From an uncultured Gammaproteobacteria bacterium (GTDB taxonomy: Bacteria; Patescibacteriota; Microgenomatia; UBA10105; UBA927), in assembly GCA_964449585.1 (NCBI GenBank), contig CAYUZE010000005.1, positions 46,596 through 110,595 of the forward strand: 64,000 bases of DNA, in the 5' to 3' direction. A program made the translations under genes and the position numbers. The notes below the pieces were generated by a model. That model was not told where the DNA came from. It did no database searches and saw only the letters and a program-made list of their open reading frames with translations. This document shows, one piece after another, positions 59,929 through 64,000 of the stretch (position 1 is its first letter; each line of letters opens with the position of its first letter).

Positions 59929-62056
59929 GAAGAAAAAACACCCCGGAAACGATTCCCCCGATAACAATACTGTCCGGTTGGTAGCGAAAGAGTACCGTGT
60001 GAGTGCCGGCGGGAACAATGATTGCCCGCTGGGAGAGATTGGCGGGAACGATGGGCGTTTCGGTGCCGTCAATAAATGCTTTCCATCCCGGGTAGTACGT
60101 ATCGGCGAGGACCAATAGGGCGTTTTCTTCGGAAGTGACTCGGAGGCGGATTGCGGTATCGCGTATTTCCTGCCACTCCACGGAGCCGGCACGTTGATAC
60201 GCCGCCGTTTTATTGTCTGCAAATGCGGCAAGTGAAGGGAATTTTTCAAACGAATGCGCTTCGAGAAGCACAGTGGTACCGGGGATAAAAGTTTCACCGG
60301 TCATCAGTGATACCGCCTCAACAAGCGTCGTCGCGCGGAGTGCGTGTCGCACGAGATAAGCGCGAGGGAGCATGTCGTTGTTGACGTAATGGGTAAGTGT
60401 TCTATCACCGTGGCGATACGTTTGTTTTTCCTGCAACATCGGGGCGTCAAGCGGGAGGAATGAAAGAATATTGCCGATATGGAACGTACTCATAACATTT
60501 GTCGCGGATACCGTGGCAATAGGGGGGCTTACAAGAATTTCATCACTAATCATGCCTTGGGTTATTGACGGGCGTTTCAGGAAGCGCCCCGCGTACACTT
60601 CCGCCTGCGGCACGCGCCAGAGCATATTGCTGTCGGGTGACATGCCCTGACGTAAAAACGCGTACACTTCCGGATTTTGCCATCCGTTTCGTATCATTTC
60701 TTCGTTGTGTACTTTCCCTTCGCCGAGGGTAAGCGTTCTTCCGGGGATCAGTTGCCGCGCGGTTACCGGTTGTTTGAGAACTTCGGAAGCGGGAGCATAT
60801 CGGTGATAGGACCACCAGGTACCGACAAGCTGCATCGTGTGCGCGACTAAGAGAAAATATATAAGGATACGGATGCTGTTTTTAAATCCCGGTCGCTGCC
60901 GTATCACATCAAGCGATATTGCGGCAATCACGACAATCGCTAGGATAACCAACCAAAGAAACCTCGATGCGACGCGAAAAAGCGTCATCGGCCACACGCT
61001 ATAAATCACATAGGTCGGCGCATACTTTCCCGCCGCCAAAAATAATGCCCCGATAAGTAGCGCATACCAAAAAAGCAGTGTGCGATGCTTTTTCAATAGG
61101 AACGCACCCCCGAGAAGCAGGAGGAGCGGCAGTGTACCGATGTAGGCGGTGTTTTCCCAAAAAATACTGCCGTCAAACTGATAAAAGGGAGGATAGCTTC
61201 CGTTCTCGGGACTTCCGAAGAAAAACGGATCGATAAAGCTCATCAGGTGCTTAATCGGCATGGAGTATGCGGTTGCAACACGGGGGGAAAATCCCGAAGG
61301 GTCGGTGCTCGCGGTAAGAAACTCGTAGGAGGGATACAGTTGTATGGCTCCCATGCCGATTCCCAGGAGTACGGCCATTGCCCAGGCACCAAGGGACGTA
61401 AAATTTCTCTTGGGAAGCAAGGTGATGAGCATGAGGCTGCCGGTAAAAAGCAACGTAAGAAAGGTCGCCTGGGGAAATCCGGCAAATATCTGTTGTGCTA
61501 CCGCAAACGCGACTCCACCAAACGGAACCGGGCGCTGGTTTTTTACGGCATACACGCTTAAATACGCAATCAGGGGAAGCATGCTCATCCCCTGCAGGAG
61601 CGTAATGTGCGTGAGTTGGGTCACCGTTAACGCGGAAAATGTCAGTGTTATCGCCGCCATCCAGCTCGCCGTGATCGATCGACCCAATATACGAATCAGG
61701 GCATAGGTGCCGATGCCGATAAAGAGAACCGCCGTAACCAAAGCAAGATTATACGCGATTACCGGAGAAAAAAATAAAAAGTAAAGAATATTCGGAAGGA
61801 ATAACGCTCCCGTTTGCCCCTCGGCGTAGAGCGGAAATCCCCCGCCTATGTCATCCCGCCACAACGGAAGGCTCAATTTCGACAGCGATTCGGAAAGTGC
61901 AAATTTCGTCGGGAAACTGAAATGCCACGCGTCGCTTCTGCCGTAATCGGGAGTGACCAGCATCTGCGGTACCGGGAAAAAAATTCGGGCAAAAAAAACG
62001 AGAACGACAAGCACCAGCACCGTAACCGCAATAAGATCCGCCCGAGACCTTTTCAT
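59822..62056 (-). CDS. YfhO-family GT-C membrane protein
   Basis: LPLW....GG.P, YIG, YYPGWKA.IDG, VPAG.H.V.F.Y.P. Confidence 0.85.
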   Translation of the reverse strand: MKRSRADLIAVTVLVLVVLVFFARIFFPVPQMLVTPDYGRSDAWHFSFPTKFALSESLSKLSLPLWRDDIGGGFPLYAEGQTGALFLPNILYFLFFSPVIAYNLALVTAVLFIGIGTYALIRILGRSITASWMAAITLTFSALTVTQLTHITLLQGMSMLPLIAYLSVYAVKNQRPVPFGGVAFAVAQQIFAGFPQATFLTLLFTGSLMLITLLPKRNFTSLGAWAMAVLLGIGMGAIQLYPSYEFLTASTDPSGFSPRVATAYSMPIKHLMSFIDPFFFGSPENGSYPPFYQFDGSIFWENTAYIGTLPLLLLLGGAFLLKKHRTLLFWYALLIGALFLAAGKYAPTYVIYSVWPMTLFRVASRFLWLVILAIVVIAAISLDVIRQRPGFKNSIRILIYFLLVAHTMQLVGTWWSYHRYAPASEVLKQPVTARQLIPGRTLTLGEGKVHNEEMIRNGWQNPEVYAFLRQGMSPDSNMLWRVPQAEVYAGRFLKRPSITQGMISDEILVSPPIATVSATNVMSTFHIGNILSFLPLDAPMLQEKQTYRHGDRTLTHYVNNDMLPRAYLVRHALRATTLVEAVSLMTGETFIPGTTVLLEAHSFEKFPSLAAFADNKTAAYQRAGSVEWQEIRDTAIRLRVTSEENALLVLADTYYPGWKAFIDGTETPIVPANLSQRAIIVPAGTHTVLFRYQPDSIVIGGIVSGVFFLLTVSLMAVRLPVSVSHIRKKSPAHALHRPYTRRRR

Positions 62057-62135
62057 CGTGCGTGTAGTGTACTTACTTTCGCCGTTTGTCGCAACGCCCA
62101 TTGAATGTTTGGTACTATTTGCGGATACTTAACAT

Positions 62136-62885
62136 ATGCTCGAAGGAATCGTGTTTGTTTTTGGTCTCGTCATCGGCTCGTTCTTAAATGTGGTCATCGA
62201 CAGACTTCCCCGTGAAGAAAATATCGTATGGGAACGTTCCCGATGCGACCATTGCAAAAAACAGCTCCGCTGGTTTGAGCTTATTCCCGTGGTTTCCTAT
62301 CTGTTACTTGGGGGGAGATGCCTCCGGTGTAAGAAGCGCCTTTCTCTTCAGTATCCTTTGGTTGAGCTGGTAAGTGGCATGGGGTTTGTCGCACTTTTTC
62401 TTGGCTCCCAACCCTCGATACCGCTCGCGTTACCGATAATCGTCTTTTGCCTGTTACTGGCGTTTTTTGTCATAGACCTTAAACATCAGATATTGCCGGA
62501 TCAAATTATGATCCTGCTTTTTATGGTCACCGCCGTCATGGGGTATTTTGTGTCGCCCGAACAGCGGATAACCCACTTTTTATCAGGGATGGGCGCAGGT
62601 GCTTTTTTTCTTCTGTTATGGCTTGTCACCAAAGGACGCGGCATCGGTTTCGGCGATGTGAAGTTAGCCTTCATTCTCGGATTTCTTTTGGGATATCCGT
62701 CAATCATCATTAGCCTCTATATCGCTTTCTTGACCGGGGCTATAGCGGGTGTCATACTGATATTGAGTCGTAAGGCAAGAATGAAAACACGGATTGCGTT
62801 CGGACCCTTTCTCATTTCGGGCGCATTTGCTACATGGTTGTGGGGAGAAACGTTATGGTCGATGTGGCAATCATTACTCGTATGA
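62136..62885 (+). CDS. pilD: Prepilin peptidase (A24)
   Basis: GSFLNV.I.R, two CxxC, ID...ILPD, GFGDVK. Confidence 0.94.
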   Translation: MLEGIVFVFGLVIGSFLNVVIDRLPREENIVWERSRCDHCKKQLRWFELIPVVSYLLLGGRCLRCKKRLSLQYPLVELVSGMGFVALFLGSQPSIPLALPIIVFCLLLAFFVIDLKHQILPDQIMILLFMVTAVMGYFVSPEQRITHFLSGMGAGAFFLLLWLVTKGRGIGFGDVKLAFILGFLLGYPSIIISLYIAFLTGAIAGVILILSRKARMKTRIAFGPFLISGAFATWLWGETLWSMWQSLLV

Positions 62886-63364
62886 ACTATTTTGACGCGG
62901 GGAGTAAGCGACGGCAGATCGGAGGTTTCTCGTTGGTGGAACTCCTTGTTTCGGTCTCCATTATCGCCATTCTTATTGCCATCGGCATCGCTTCTTACGC
63001 GACGATCAATAAGCAATCGAGGGATGCCAAGCGCAAAAGCGATCTCGAACAGATCCGGGCGGCGCTCGAAATGTATCGTGCGGACAACGGGTATTACCCG
63101 TCTGCCGGGAGCGGCAGTTGGGTTGCGGCATCAAGCACCACCGATACGTTAATAGGACTTACTCCGGCCCTTGTATCAACCTATATTCCCGTTATACCGA
63201 CGGATCCCAAAGCATCGCAGAGTTATATGTACATCGCAAGAAATGCGGTTGCGGGAGTCTACTATGCGTATTGTTTGAGCGCTGCGTTGGAGTCGGAAAA
63301 CCCTACGGACACCTGCACCACCTCGTTACCGACGGGGCATAATTACGGCTTGAAAAATCCATGA
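62882..63364 (+). CDS. Pilin/pseudopilin (GspG-like)
   Basis: GG|FSLVELL, RDAKRKSDL, P.DP. Confidence 0.9.
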   Translation: MNYFDAGSKRRQIGGFSLVELLVSVSIIAILIAIGIASYATINKQSRDAKRKSDLEQIRAALEMYRADNGYYPSAGSGSWVAASSTTDTLIGLTPALVSTYIPVIPTDPKASQSYMYIARNAVAGVYYAYCLSAALESENPTDTCTTSLPTGHNYGLKNP

Positions 63365-63828
63365 GGAAGCAAGGATTTACCCTCGTTGAATTGCTGATTG
63401 TCGTTACCATATTAGTAACACTCCTGGGCGTCGGGCTGGCGAGCTTTAATTCCTTCAACCGTCGGGAACGGCTTAAGCAGGCGGCGCTTACCTTAAAATC
63501 GAACCTCCGTTTCGCCCAGACGAAATCCATCTCCGTTGAAAAGCCGGACAGCGGATGCACCGAATTTGTGGGAATGACCGTCCGTTTTACCGCGACAACC
63601 TATGCGGTTTCCCACACGTGTACCCCTGAGGGGGATGTCGGAGATGCGGAAACGGTAACCCTTAGCGGTGCAACCTTCTCCCCTATTCCGTCGGCCTTTA
63701 CCTTTGTATCCCGTTCGAATTCCTTAAGCCCTGCGGCCACACAGACAATTACGCTTATGAACGGTTCTGAATCGTATGTGTTGACGGTGGCTGCAAACGG
63801 AAGCGTCAGTGACGGAGGGTTTCAATGA
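63361..63828 (+). CDS. Minor pilin (FimT/GspH-like)
   Basis: QG|FTLVELL; ATGA overlap. Confidence 0.88.
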   Translation: MRKQGFTLVELLIVVTILVTLLGVGLASFNSFNRRERLKQAALTLKSNLRFAQTKSISVEKPDSGCTEFVGMTVRFTATTYAVSHTCTPEGDVGDAETVTLSGATFSPIPSAFTFVSRSNSLSPAATQTITLMNGSESYVLTVAANGSVSDGGFQ

Positions 63829-64000
63829 CACGCGCACGACGAGGTGAACAGGGACAGACGCTCCTTGAGATCGTCGTCGCCGTCGGTGTTATAGCCCTTG
63901 TCTTGACCGCCCTGGTTACTGCCGTAACCGCCTCGCTCCGTTTTAGCCAGGCGGGTAGATATCGGAGTCAGGCGGTGAAATACGCCCAAGAAGGTATTGA
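63825..64000 (+). CDS. Minor pilin, truncated by window edge
   Basis: MTRARRGEQG|QTLLEIVVAVG..; ATGA overlap. Confidence 0.8.
   Translation, partial: MTRARRGEQGQTLLEIVVAVGVIALVLTALVTAVTASLRFSQAGRYRSQAVKYAQEGI

Overview
Chromosomal window from a small-genome bacterium, most likely Patescibacteria/CPR (Microgenomates-like). This is inferred from gene content: archaeal-type RuBisCO with R15P isomerase, type IV pilus genes, a domain-1-less RF1 and pervasive leaderless genes. TGA is used as stop. Housekeeping genes include ychF-rpsF-ssb-rpsR, rpmE-prfA, hisC-hisS, dnaB, tRNA-Leu, tgt, yebC, a Xer-type recombinase, folD, gyrB-ppa-gyrA, holB and pil genes. Highlights: (1) a 6135-bp AT-rich element inserted by a large serine recombinase into codon 6 of ychF. 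Its attP lies inside the recombinase gene, so integration swaps the recombinase C-terminus, rebuilds the ychF N-terminus and strands the ychF promoter 6 kb away. Cargo includes a Schlafen/AlbA_2 protein. (2) A 1.27-kb locus without a credible gene (38.7-40.0 kb) near the Xer gene, with an array of quasi-palindromic sites, tandem repeats and hairpins; it shares several motifs with that element. (3) A complete ribosome-stalling attenuator with a His-containing leader peptide before hisC-hisS. (4) An ATP-grasp/C39-peptidase pair with a probable post-SET remnant. (5) GT-C glycosyltransferases embedded in the pilin cluster. All calls were made by eye from motifs; no database searches were run.
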